NCBI GenBank assembly: GCA_964016885.1
Contig: OZ024742.1
Span: forward strand, 114,576,001 to 114,640,000
Source of the DNA: Eledone cirrhosa
Taxonomy: Eukaryota
Reading direction: 5' to 3'
DNA: 64,000 nt
Shown: piece after piece, positions 11,419 to 24,973 of the stretch
Layout: each line of letters begins with the position of its first letter
Numbering within the stretch: the first letter of the stretch is position 1
The notes under the pieces: generated by a model
The model's input: only the letters and a program-made list of their open reading frames with translations
Told to the model about the DNA's origin: nothing
The model's database searches: none
Translations under genes and position numbers: made by a program

Positions 11419-14400
11419 TGAATGCTATGGTTGACAGAGGCTCGGCTCTGTATGGTATTGTAAATTTTGACCGCTATAACAATTGTAAATTGTTTAAAAC
11501 TTTAACCAACTTGTAGACAAAAACACCATCCTCCTCGTGAGAGGGGTCTTTCTGCCCGTTATTTAGCCCTTCGGGGTTAAATAGCCGCTTATTGGGGTTT
11601 TGTGCCCAATATTTATTTAAAAAAAAACAAAACATGGCTACGAAAAAGAAGTTTCATAGGTCACTCTGTTGGTGTTGGTGCCCTCCTACTGCGGGCAAAA
11701 TGTGTGAGGGTCAAACTGACCCACGTCCCCCCCGGGATGGCCCCTTCTTGGCTGGCTGCGTCTGTCCTCGCCGGAATCGAGGACAAAACAACTGTAATGC
11801 AAGTACAGAAAAAAGTAAGAGAAGATTGGGGTCGGCCCCTTCCATTGAGATGTTAATCCAAACTAACCAGGAGTGCATCGAAGCTATCCCGGATGTGATA
11901 GACTTCGATAACAGCACTCAACTGCCCATAAGTGTTGAGGGCAAACGCCCGAAATGCTTTCGCTGTGGATCGAAGACTCGCCTCAGGGCCTTCTGCAACG
12001 AGAAGACCCCGAGAAAGGAGAAAACCCCCCTCCTTCCGAAACCGGCTCCACGGCTACCAGCAACAGGACAAGCGGCAACCAGAAACGATAGGTCCATGGC
12101 ACCCATACCCACACACGGAAATCAAAAACAGCAGCAGCAGTGGAAGTATTAACAATAACAACAGCAATACCAAATGTAGCTGCAACAGAGACTCCAGTGC
12201 AAACATCACCAACAACAACAAGTGAAATAGTGTAGCTGCTACCCCTCCCCGACCTCTCAGAATCAGACATGGAGTGTGAGGTGGGAGAGGGATAGCAAAA
12301 GGTCGTAAGAAGGCACAAACGCAGAAGCAGCGCATCGTCGCCTTCGAAAAGGGAGGAAAGAGATGAAAAAAGGGTAAAGGCTACTGCAAAGAGACTCACA
12401 GCAGCAACACCACCAACACCATCACCACCCACACTAGCATCACCATCACCACCGGCGACAACCCCACCGCCAACAACAACACCTTCAACACCACCACCAC
12501 AAGCACCAACATCGCAAACACAACAACAAAACACACACAACCAGCAACAACGACAAGAAAATAGCAGAACCACACCGCACCCCCAGAAAAACAAAGGCAC
12601 GGCAATAAATACACACAACAAGAAACTAATGACTTACAGAATTGAACACACAGTAATTTCACAGCACGGCTACATAATACCAGCACCAATCAAAACGCCA
12701 ACTAACATAAGACTGCTAAAAATAACACAGAAACAATACACAAACATTAAAACGAAATTCCCCAACGCAGTTGGTGATTTCAGAGACCTAGGAGTGACTC
12801 TCAACCAGAGAGTATATCCGGACATACTCATAGAAGAGCCGTTACCAGCCGAAGGGACGATTCAACGGTCCCTTCACCAAACGATCAAGTGAAAAGGGAT
12901 GGAAAAACCATCCTTCCTCTACGAAAAGTACGGTAAGTGGTCTTTCCCTTCTTTTCCACTCTATTTTAAAGATGACCTCACTCAGAAGAGGCAGCATAAA
13001 TGCGCGTGGCTTGGGGTCGTCATGGAAGAATGGTCACCTGCTCAACGACCTCAGGTCACTAAACATAGATGTAGTGGCCATCAGCGAGACCAGAATCTCC
13101 GAAGCAAGGTCCTTAGCAGCGATCTTCGGCGGCTACGATGTGTACGCATCTCCCAGCCGTCCTGGATCGGGGGAGGAGTTGCTGTGCTTTTTCGGAGAGG
13201 TTTGGATCTCGCCATACGGGCCATCTTCCTGGACACAGAGGGTAAGTTGTTGGTGCCAGAAGTGACCAGCGGAGACGGGCAAACTTTCAGGCTAGTGGCC
13301 GTCTATGCCCCGACAGGTAAGCGCGGTCTTGTTTCTTCCGGCGCCTGGAGAACTTTCTTGGAACGTCACACTCTTCAGTGTTAGTGGGCGACTGGAACGG
13401 GATCTTAGATGCACGCTGGGACTGTGTGGGATTAGCGGATAGGGGTGGAGGGTGCAAGAGTCTCACCAACCTGCTCAGGCGTTTTGAACTGTCTGACAGG
13501 TAACGATTGGATTTCCCTAATGTGCCAATGTGGACTTGAACAAATCGCATTGGGTCATCCAGATCATATTTAGATAGAGTATTTTGTAGGGAAATAGATA
13601 GGTCTAGCATCGGCTGTCCACAATTCAAGATAGTCAGCTACACGGACCACAAATTCGTGAGTTGTGTACTTGATTTAGATAGGCTACAAAGACGAGGACC
13701 CGGCTACTGGAAGCTAAACGCGTCCTTACCAGCGCGCAAGGCCTACATGGACCGGATTAGCGAACTAGTTATGCGGGCGTTGACGGGGGCCATCATCAAC
13801 AACAAGTGTTGGTTTGCTCTGAAAAGAGCGATTAGAATAGAATCCATTAGGTTTAGTAAGGCTTTAGCAATAGAGAAAAATAGAGCAGAGCGAGAACTAG
13901 TTAGAAAATTAGACGAGGCGCTTAGCGAAGGCATCGCGACCGACGTGCTTGGGGCGAAATTGGCCCTTGACCCATTCTTCAATGCAAAGCACGAAGGCTG
14001 CGTTGTCAGATCTAGGGTGCGTGCTCTCAGACACGAGGGGACGAAAGCCGTTCAGTGGGCCCGAATGGCAGTGGCGTGTCGTAGAAACAAAGCCACGATC
14101 CGGTCTTTGGTGGACCACGACGAGCGCATGCTATTCGATCCCCGGCAAATGTGTGAATCTTTTCAGCGACACTTCACTCAGCTTTTCGGGAGCAGCGGTG
14201 GGTCGGGTCGAGGGATGGACTTTAGTGTCAACCTCGAAGGACTGCCGCGGCTCTCGGCCGCTGAGGCGGAGTGTTACGAAAAGCCGATAACAACCGCTGA
14301 AGTACGGGAGGCAAAGTCTGGATGCACAAGGGGTAAATCGCCTGGTTTGGATGGTCTGCCCTATGAGCTTTACGTACAGATGCCAGACTTGTTCGGAGGC

Positions 14401-16048
14401 CTCTTGGCGGACGTCTACTGCAACTGACAACAGAACGGGAGAATTGCCAGCTCTGTGAGCCGAGGAGCGGTGGCACTGCTGAGAAAGGATCCGAACAAGG
14501 GGGATAACATAGATAATTTCAGGCCCATAACTCTGCTAAACACAGAGTTCATTATTTTGGCCAACGTGCTAGCAAAGAGGTTGGCGCTTGTCGTTGGTGG
14601 TCTGGTGGGAGAGGCGCAGACATAAGACATTCCCGACAGATCCATCCACGACAACCTCAACCACATGAGATACATCGTAGAGATGGTAGCTAGGGAACCT
14701 GGTACTGGTGGGTCCTTGATCAATTTAGATCAGTCGAAAGCTTTCGATAGGGTCGACCATCGTTACTTAGCGGCAGTCCTGAGTGCGGCTGTCTTTGGGC
14801 CTGTCTTCAGAGGCTGGATCGCTGCCATGCAGAGCGACATCTGCTCTGTGGTGAGAGTGAACGGTCTCCTTTCGGAACCGTTCAACATCATGCGTTGGGT
14901 CCGACAAGGATATCCGCTCTCGTCCCTCTTGTACGTATTGGGTCTCGAGCCATTACTGCACAAACTGGAGACGTTAGGGGCGTCCCGGGCGAACTAGGAT
15001 GCCGAAGATCCGTGTCAGCATATGCGGACAATGTCACCGTAGTGGTGTCGAACGTGATCAGGTGTCGTCGCCTTTTGCTAGACACGTATTTCCCCAGCTC
15101 GTTTCCTTGACGGAGCTGCAGTCCTGGGTCAAGCGAATACGGAGAGGGGGCGCTTGGAGACTGGAATGTCTTCAGGCGCTCACAGCCCTCGACCAATCGG
15201 GCAATGTGATCTGTGGAAACTCCACCTCAGCGTTCTATAGAGGATTAGTGGAGGGGAAGAGCGACGACGTACTTGGGGAAACTCTAGGCGTCGACGAAAA
15301 TCAACTAGCCAATCTCCTCGGAAGAACTTTCGGGCCTGGACCTATGGACAACTTCCAGAAATCTCTGGCCTGGCAGTGCTACAGAGGAGCCTTGACAGTT
15401 CGGCATAAACTCTACTGGCATTGAGGTGCCGTCCGCCGGGCATGTCCGAGATGCGCGCAGGGCGACAAAACTGTCCTGCACGCACTCGTCCAGTGTCCGA
15501 AAATTACTGACTTGTGGGTTTATGTCGGGCACCTGCTGTCGCGTATAGGACGGATCCGGCTATCCTATGAGTCCATCGTGAGGATTGCCCCGCCCTGTTC
15601 CTTTAGCCGGGAAGGGCAGGCAGTTTTTATCTGTCTGGTGGCCATGGCGAAAGAGATAGTATGGTGGACACGTTTGAAATTTCATTTGAAAAGGAAAATC
15701 AGGGTAGAGAGGGAAGTGCTCTCTTCCCAGCATTTTGTTGAAAGATGGGTGAGAGAAGCAAGTATGGCCCGAATGAATGGGCCTTCTCTGAGTATGTGTC
15801 TGTAAATTAAAGGTGGAAAACTGGGAGAGGGCACTTGCCCTGGTGGTCAGGGCCACTGTGGTCTTTTAATGGGCTTTCTCCACAAATGTCCCTTGGAAGT
15901 CTCCCCCCCTATTGGGGAATTTTTCTTTGTTATTTTATTTCAACCTCTGTTTTTTTACACGCAGAAATGCCCATTTGTACCGTCCTGTATTGTCCTGTAC
16001 TGTCCTTAATGCCTACTTTATGTGAACCCTTGTGGTTAATAAAGAAAA

Positions 16049-16103
<55 letters not shown>

Positions 16104-16113
16104 ATTATTATTA
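11419..16113 (+). mobile_element. Tx1-clade LINE copy B: structured 5' UTR, internally deleted ORF1, ORF2 with deletions, (ATT)n tail
   Basis: ATG at 11634; ORF1 knuckle CFRCGSKTRLRAFC; ORF2 12972-15805; tail of about 20 ATT units at 16050-16113. Confidence 0.9.
12972..15805 (+). pseudogene. LINE ORF2 pseudogene (APE-RT), copy B
   Basis: SINARG, AISET, GPGYWKLN, KSPGLDGLP, LDQSKAFDRVD, RQGYPLS, AYADN; about 530 bp of post-YADD sequence missing relative to copy C. Confidence 0.92.
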
Positions 16114-19100
16114 TAGATAGGTCTAGCATAGGCTGTCCACAATTCAAGATAGTCAGCTACACGGACCACAAATTCGTGATCTGTGTGGTTGACTTAGTTA
16201 AGCTTCATAGACCAGGCTACTGGAAGCTAAACGCGTCATTAACAGTGCGCAAGACCTACGGAGACCGGATTAGCGAACTAGTTAAGCGGGCGTTGACGGG
16301 GGCCATCGTCAATAACAAAAGGTGGTTTGCTCTTAAAAGAGCAAATAGAATAGAGTCCATTAGGTTTAGTAAGGCTTTAGCAATAGAGAAAAATAGAGCA
16401 GAGGGAGAACAAGTTAGAAAATTACACGAGGCGCTTAGCAAAGGCTTTGCGACCGACGTACTTGCAGCAGCGATATTGGCCTTTGACCAATTCTTAAATG
16501 CAATGCACGAAGGCTGTGTTGTCAGAGCTAGAGTGCATGCTCTCAGAAACGAGGGGACGAAAGCCGTTCAATGGGCCCAAGTGGCGCAGGCGCGACGTGG
16601 AAACAAAGCCACGGTCCGATCTTTGGTGGACCACGACGGGCGCATTTTACTCGATCCCGGGCAAATGTGTGAAGCTTTTCAGCGACACTTTGCTCAGCTG
16701 CTCGGGGGCACATGTGGGCCGGATCAAGGGATGGACTTTAATGCCTACCTTGACGGACTGCTGCGGTTCTCGGCCACTGAGGCGGTGTGTTGCGAAAAGC
16801 CGATAACAGCCGCTGAAGTACGGGAAGCAATGACCGGCTGCGCAAGGAGTAAATCGCCTGGTTTAGATGGTCTGCCGTATGAACTTTATGCACAGATGCC
16901 AGATATGTTCGGAGGCCTCTTGGCGGACGTCTACTGCATTTGCAACAGAACGGGAGAATTCCCAGCTCTGTGAGCTGAGTAGCGGTGGCGCTGCTGAGAA
17001 AGGATCCGAACAAGGGGGATAACATAGGTAATGTCAGGCCCATAGCTCTGCTAAACACAGAGTTCTAGATTTTGGCCAAAAAGCTAGCAAAATGGTTGGC
17101 GCTTTTTCGTTGGAGGTTTGGTGGGAGAGGCGCAGACATGCGCCATTTCCAAAAAATCCATCTACGACAACCTCCACCTCAGGTGATACATCGTGGAGAG
17201 GGTAGCTAGGGAACCTGGCACGGGTGGGTCGTTGATCAATTTAGATCAGTCGAAAGCTTTCGATAGGGTCGACCATCCTTACCTAGCGGCAGTTCTGAGG
17301 CCGGCTGGCTTTGGGACCGTCTTCAGAGGCTGGATCGCTGCCATGCACAGCGGCATCTGCTCTGTGGTGAGAGTGAACGGTATCCTTTCGGAACCGTTCA
17401 ACATCATGCGCTCGGTCCATCAAGGATGTCCCCTCTCGTCCCTCTTGTACGTATTGACCCTCGAGCCATTACAGAACAAACTGGTGACGATGAGTGGGCT
17501 CCCGCCTGAATAAGGATGCGGAAGATCCGTGTCAGCATATGCGCACTATGTCACCGTAGTGGTGTCGAACGCTAAACACATCGAGGCGATCGGCGCTACA
17601 CTAAAAGAATACGAAGCGGGGAAAGGAACAATGATCAACTAGGAAAAGTCGGTGGGGCTGCAGCTCGGCACCTGTAGAGGCAGGTCCATGCCATCCAACA
17701 CCGTCGTCGGCCGCTAGACGGAAGGACCGGTTAAATTGCGAGGAGTCTGGTTCGGTCCGGACCTCCAGACGGACAACAACTGGGATGGGGTGACTAGTAG
17801 GGTGGCTTTTCTCACCCAGAAATGGGCGGAGGGGAAGATATTCCTGAAAGGTCGAGTGGAGGTGGCTAACGCGTAAATCGTGTCCGTCATCTACTACCGC
17901 CTGACCGTCGTGCCTTGTCCTAAGCCTCGCCTGACTACGCTGGAGCGTTTGCTTCTTAACTTTTTGGGGAAGGGACGCGCTCCGATGGTCAGGAGGTCCA
18001 TCTGCTATCAACACCCGCTACGTGGAGGGCAGGGCTTGCCGTGGCTGATGATGCGCAGACATGCGCTCTGGCTACGACATCTCCACCTCTTCCTCGACGG
18101 TGATCAGGTGTGGACGCCGTTTACTAGACGCGTCTTTCCCCAGCTCGTCTCCTTGACGGAGCTGCAGTCCTGGGTTATGCGAAGACCAAGAGGGAGCGCT
18201 TAGAGACTGGAATGTCTTCAGGCGCTCACAACCCTCGACCAATCGGGCAATGTGATCTGTGGAAACTCCACCTTGGCGTTCTATAGAGGACTATTGGAGG
18301 GGAAGAGCGACAACGTACTTGTGGAAACTCTACGCGTCGACGAAAATCAACTAGCCAATCTCTTCGGAAGAACTATCGAGCCGTGCACTATAGACAACTT
18401 CCAGAAATCCCTAGCCTGGCAGTGCTACCGAGCAGCTTTGCCAGTTCGGGATAAAGTCTACACGCATGGAGGTGCCGTCAACCGGGCATGTCCGAGATGC
18501 GCGCAAGACGACGAAACCGTCCTGCACGCACTTGTCGAGTGTCCGATCATTGCTGACTTGTGGGTTTATGTCGAACACCTGCTGTAACGTGTAGGACGGA
18601 TCCAGCTGTCAGCTGAGTCCATCGTGAGGATTACCCCGCCCTCTTCCTTTAGCCGGGAAGGGCAGGCAGTTTTTATCTGTCTGGTGGCCATGCCGAAAGA
18701 GATAGTATTGTGGACACGTTTGAAAGGGCTGAAGACGAGCACTTACCTCTTCGGTGATGCCCTGATTACCTTTTTTAAATTTCATTTGAAAAGGAAAATC
18801 AGGGTAGAGAGGGAAGTGCTCTCTTCCCAGCATTTTGTTGAATGATGGGTGAGAGAAGCAAGTATGGCCCGAGTGAATGGGCCTACTCTGAGTATGTATC
18901 TGTAAATTAAAGGTGGAAAAATGGGAGAGGGCACTTGCCCTGATGGTCAGGGTCACTGTGGCCGTTTAATGGGCTTCTCCACAAATGTCCCTCGAAAGTC
19001 TCCCCCTATTGGGGAATGTTTCATTGTTATTTTTTATTACATCCTCTGTTTTTTTTTACACGCAGAAATGCCCATTTATACCGTCCTGTATTAACCTGTA

Positions 19101-19173
19101 CTGTCATTAATGTCTACTTTATGTAAACCCTTATGGTTAATAAAGAAAGCATTATTATTAATATTATTATTAT
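16113..19173 (+). mobile_element. Tx1-clade LINE copy C, 5'-truncated within the APE C-terminus
   Basis: Begins ATAGATAGGTCTAGCAT (equivalent to 13594 in copy B) directly after the B tail. ORF2 remnants run to about 18905; the 3' UTR is near-identical to B; (ATT)n tail at 19151-19173. Confidence 0.92.
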
Positions 19174-22100
19174 TGGTCTGAACGGACGTCTTTTTGCTCG
19201 CTCTCGTAAGTCTATTTATTTACCTGTCAAATCTTATTCATTCCATTTTTTGTTGTTGTCTAATGGATATAAACCCTTTGGTCTGTGAAGGTGAAAGTAT
19301 AATAATTTTGGCCTTTTGGCCCAAATATTTGAACTTTTTTACATCATAAAAAATTATCGAAAAAGAAAAAAAAACGCCCCCAGCCATATGTCAAACACCA
19401 CCACAAACAAAGACAGCAATCACAACAATACTGAGAACTCTAATTTTGAAAAAAATGACTGTAACAGCGACAACCAAAATACAGATAACAGAAAAAAAAT
19501 GACAAATGCAACAACAATATTAACACCACTAAAATGAAAACAAATTGCGAAAAACTCCAACAGCAACAATACCAACTGCACCGAGAACAACAAAATCGGC
19601 GGTACCAAAAATATAACCAACTGCAACAGTGACAACAACCACAACACCAACAAGAACAACGACAACAACAACAAATCCACCAACGACAACAAGAACAAAA
19701 CTTTTGCTGCGGCAGCACCCAGAAAGAGTCCATGCTTCATCATGGACCTCTCGAACAAAGATGAAAAGTTGGCCCAGGCCTGGAAGCTTATCAAGCAAAA
19801 GCAAACCTGGGTCAACTTAACTGTCCCTGTAGAAGCTATTGAAGCAGTGGAGTGCAGAACGGTGCATTACAGATGCTTCTCAGCAGAAACCAAGAGCGCA
19901 GCTTTAATTTCACAAGCAGATGTCGAGGTCTCGCTGAGGCGCATCAGGGATGACACCGAATACATAGCGAGGTGCAGACAATACGGCACCATGTCGGTGC
20001 TGTTTAATCAAAAGCCCTCGCTGAGAAACATTTTATGACACCTTGCAAAGCCAGCAATTTGATAGTGTACCACTCCGACATTCCCAGAATACCACCAGGA
20101 GTTGACATGTGGTGGCTTCTGGGATGTGTGATTGTGGAGGGGACGGATATCGCCCCGATAGAAGTAACAAGAACTGCCAGAGAGTACTGGTCCGGGATTG
20201 ACCTGGAGATGCCTCTCCAGATTAGGCCAGAGAATGTCAAAACAATCCCGGATCACATCCGTCTTCAGAATGGGACGATCATTCATATTATGAGTGAGGG
20301 CAAAAGGCCGCATTGTTTCGTTTGTGGGGGAAAAAACCCATTTGCGAGACTTTTACCCGCAACTGCTAAAAGATACAAGGGGTCGAACGACTGCACTGCG
20401 CCCGACGCCAGGGTGAGGACCACACCAACACCAGCACCGGCAAAACACCAGCAGCAACACCAATAGAAAGACGATCACCAACAATGACCACACAGGGCCG
20501 AAACGAGGAAAGTTGCACCCCCCCCCCCTCCCGAACAAACACATACATCAATACACAGACACAGACACACTTACAGACACAGAACCCTCATCTACCAGTA
20601 GTGACGGTGAGGGAAAACCAAAATCCACAAAAATACAATAAAGGAAGAAACACAAAAAAAAAAATCAACGAAGCACAAAAACACCCACAGTAAAAAATAC
20701 AGACACCACCCACGCAATAATCTCCCTAATAAACCAACATCAACACCATCATCAGCATCACCAGAATCCCCCCAAACTCAAACAACCTAAACAGACGCAA
20801 GAACAAATACACACACAAACATATTAAACCAAGGACACCGCACTCACAACAAACACAGACACAACCAAAACCACACTGCAAAACCATCACCACCACAGCC
20901 ACGCAAACAAATAACATCACACCAACAAAACAGACAAACTTCGTGCTCATCAGGAGAGCCAACAAGGAACTGATGGCCCTCGTAGCACGAAGTGAAGAAA
21001 TACAAAAAAGGGGAACATTTTTAAGTCGCACACATTTCGCGCGCCGGAAGATTTGTTACTGGTGCGAATGTCGCTCGATTTATACAAAGAGATACGAGAC
21101 AGCTTTCCTCGGGACGTGGGAACTCCGAACGTAAAACCTACTTCAAGACTTTTAAAGGGGTTCCCAAAAGAAACCCCACCAACTATGGAGGTCGACTTCA
21201 CAAGAGATCGGAAGGTAAGTAAACCTTTCCTCTCTCATTTAATCTGCCAACATTGGCCGTATTAAGAGAAGGAAGTTTAAATATTAGAGGCCTTGTATCA
21301 TCCTGGAAGTAGGGTGACCTGCTCAACGACCTCAATTCTCTAGAAATGGATGTAATTGACATCAGCGTTACCACGATTTCCGACACGCGCGCACTAGCCT
21401 CATTTACAACGACTATCAGATTTTCGTATCTGTTAGTCGGCTTGGAATGAGAGGTGGAGTGGCATTGTTGTTTTGGAAATGCCTGGATCTCGATGTAAGA
21501 TCTTTCGGGACCCGGGTGGTAAGTTGGTGGTCCTGTACGTAAACAATAACGAAGGTGGTGCCTTTAGACAGGTGGCCGTCTACGCCCCTACTGGGGCAGG
21601 ACGGCCGGACTTATTAAGACGGCTGGAAGCCTTTCTGAGTACGTCTCGCCCTTTACTGTTAGCGAAGGACTGGAACGGCTTCTTAGACGCACACTGTGAC
21701 TGTGTGGGAGTATCCGATAGCAGCGGAGGGGTGAAAAAGCATGAAGTACCTGATCAACCAGTTCCAACTGTCTGACATGTACCCACTAGATTCCCCTAAT
21801 GCGCCAGTGTGGACCTAGACCAACCGCATAGGGTCATATAGATCGTATATAGACAGTATATTATTTAGGAAAATAGGCAGAAATAGACAGAAAAATGTCC
21901 AAGTTTTAAAACGGTTGCCTATTTAGATCACAAGTTTTTTTATCTGTATGGTCCGCCTAGATAGGAGGCGTAGGTTAGGACCTGGTTACTGGAAGCCGGA
22001 GATGTCATTTCCGGGAGGTAAGGTTTACAGGGAACATGTCAACAATTTATTTAAGAAAGATAAATGGTGGGAGGCCCCTCACAAGAGAGATTAGAGTAAT

Positions 22101-24770
22101 GTCAATCAACTTTAGCAAAGAAGTAGCGTTAGAGAAAAATGAAAAGGAGCTAACGTGCAAGTGTCGAGAATGGCATTAGATCATTTCTTCAATGAGAAAC
22201 ATGGAGGTTGCATCATCAGAGCTAAGGCGCGTTTTCTGAGAAACGAGGGAACCAAAGCGGTTCAATTGGCCTTCGTGACAGGTGCGCAGCTTGGTAATAA
22301 AACCACGATTCGAGAGGGACACGAGCTGAGAGTATCCAAGCGGATGGCCTTTCGCCAACATTTTTTTCGGTTGTTCGAGGGATGTGTCAGGTCAGAGACG
22401 GTGGCGGACTCCAATCCCTACCACGCTGGTTTGCCTCAACTCGCGACGGCCAACGCTATGCGCCGTGAAAGACCGATATCTTCAGCCGATATTCAGGATG
22501 CCCTTGTTGGCTGCATGAGGCGCATGTCACCCGGTTTGGATGTCCTCCGATCTCCTCGAGGCGCTCTGCTACAATTGACAGCAAAACGGGAGTATTACCA
22601 GTTCTTTGAGCAGGTACGTAGTGATGCTGATAAGAAATGACGAGAACAAGAGAGACACATTAGACAATGTCAGGCCCATAACTCCGCTAAACACAGAGTT
22701 TAAGATTTTGGCCAGGGTGTTAGTGAAGAGGTTGGCCCTTGTCCTCGAGTATTTGGTTGGGGATGTGCAAACTTGCGCAATCCCAACCAGGTCCATATAC
22801 GACAACCTCCACCCCATTCGATACATCGTAGAGAGGTGGGGCTCTGATCAATTTAGATCAATGGAAAGCATTCGATAAGGTAGTCATCGGTACCTGGAGG
22901 CTGTCCTCAAGGCGGCTAGCATCGGCCCCATCTTCAGAAGCTGGATCGCTGCAATGCACAGCAGCACATGCTCGGCGGTCAAAGTTACTGGTCACCTCTC
23001 GGAACAGTTTCAGATCTCCCGATCGGTTTATTAAGGGTGCCCTAGCTCCTCAATTCTGTACGTATTGACTCTCGAGCCTTTACTGTGGAAGCTGGAGCTG
23101 TTGCAGGGCATCCCGCTTGAAACGCGACGCGAAAAGGCTCTCTGTCGGATTATGCGGACAACATCTCCGTGATGGTGTCGGATACCTCAGGAATTGAGGT
23201 GGTCGGCAACTTAATGGAGGAATATGAAATGTTGACGGGAGCAAAACTTAACCCGAAAAAGTCGGTGGGCTTGCAACTCGGCACCTGGAGAAGCAAGTCC
23301 ATGCCGTCCAACAGCGTCATTAGGCGCTGGACGGACGGACCGTTAAAGTTGCTCGGGATTTGGTTCAGACCAGACCTCCAGGTGGATAAGGATTGGAACC
23401 AGGTGACGGGCAGGGTAGCCAGTCTCACCCAGATATGGGCTGCGAGGAAGCTATCACTGAAAGGTCGGGTGGAGGTAACGAACGCGTACCTCGTGTCCGT
23501 CATGTACTACCACCTGACTGTCGCCCTTGCCCAAATTCGAGCCTCGCCACCTTGGAACAGCTCCTCTTCAAATTTTTGTGGAGGGTCAGGTTCCGTTGGT
23601 GAGGCGGTCCATCTGCTGCCAGCAACCTCTACGTGGACGGCTGGGCATACCGTGGGTAATCATGCGCAAACACGCACTTAGGCTGCGGCATCTCCAGATA
23701 TTCTGCCTCAACGGTGAATAGGTGTGGTTGCCGTTTGTCAGACGGGCCTTTCTCCAGCTCGTCTCTTTGACAGACCTGCAGTCCTGGGTCAAGAAGAGAC
23801 CGAAACTGGGAGACTGTCATCTGGAATGTTTCCATGCACACACTGCCCTCTACCAGCCGGGAAATGCGGTCAGTGGAACTTCCACTCTCGTGTTCTATTG
23901 AGGATTAGTGGTGGGAAGTGCGACGACGCACTCGGAGATACTCTGGGCGTCGACGATGTCGAACTAAGCAGTCTGTTCCGGAGGTCTTTCGAGCTGGGGA
24001 CGATCGATAATTTCCAAAATTCCCTCGCTTGGCAGTGCTACCGGGTGGCATCGCCGATTCGAGATAAACTCTACATGCACAGAGGTGCTGTCAGACAGAC
24101 CTGCCTGAGATGCGCGCAGAGCGACGAAACAGTTCTGCACGCACTCGTCCAGTGTCCGTGCATTACTGACTTGTGGAGTTATGTCGAACAGCTTTAGTTG
24201 CGTGTAAAACGGATCCTGTTTACGGCCGAGTCCATAGTGAAGTTCGACCCGCCTCCTTCTTTTGTCCTCCTCTGTGTGGTTGCACTAGCGAAAGAGGTTG
24301 TATGGTTGACAAGGTTCAAAGGACTGAAGACATACACTTTTTTCTTTGGCCAATCCCTCATCAACTTTTTCAAGTTTCACTTGGAAAGGAAGGTGAGGGT
24401 GGAGAGAGAAGTGCTGCCGCCCAGAACATTTTCTGAAAGGTGGCTGAATGGGGCGAGAATGGCCCGTGTGAGTGGGCCTACTCTAATCATACGCTTGTAA
24501 GTGAGTGAATTTGAGAAGGAGAGGGGTGCCCTTCCCGGGTGCTCTCGAAGCGTCGGGTCGTTAAGGATTGGTGGGGTATCTGAGTGAACCCTGGGTGGTC
24601 ATCCACCCCTATTGGGGATTTTTTCTCGTTGTATTTTCTTGTTACTTTGTTATTGTCATTTATACTGTTTACACGTTGTATATGTATATGTAAACCCCAA
24701 CTGTCCCACTCTTTTGTATTGTCCGCTATATGTCGGCCCCTCTTTCCAATAAATGAAATCATTATTATTA
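19174..24770 (+). mobile_element. Tx1-clade LINE copy D (divergent subfamily, near full length, decayed)
   Basis: ORF1 remnants about 19380-21230 (EGKRPHCFVCG); ORF2 about 21253-24500; AATAAA at 24748; ATTATTATTA tail. Confidence 0.9.
21253..24500 (+). pseudogene. LINE ORF2 pseudogene (APE-RT), copy D
   Basis: SLNIRG, VAVYAPTG, KDWNG, VRPITPLNTEFKILA, YADN, CLRC..ETVLHALVQC. Confidence 0.9.
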
Positions 24771-24973
24771 TGGGTGGTGTATTGGCAGTATCGGTATAGG
24801 ATCGTACGCCATGCTTTCCAGTATAGTTACGTCCCTTTACGGTCTGACTTCACCCCCCCCCCCCTGCGAGGTTAACTTGCCTTTCATCCTTACCGGGTCG
24901 ATACAATAAAGTACCAGTAATGCACTGAGATAATGGCTGGCCTTGTGCAAAAAAGTAGAAACATTTATTATTA
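24771..24973 (+). mobile_element. tRNA-head SINE
   Basis: TTGGCAGTATCGG head, core CCTTTCATCCTTACCGGGTCGATAC, 3' end GTAGAAACATTTATTATTAT. Confidence 0.85.
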
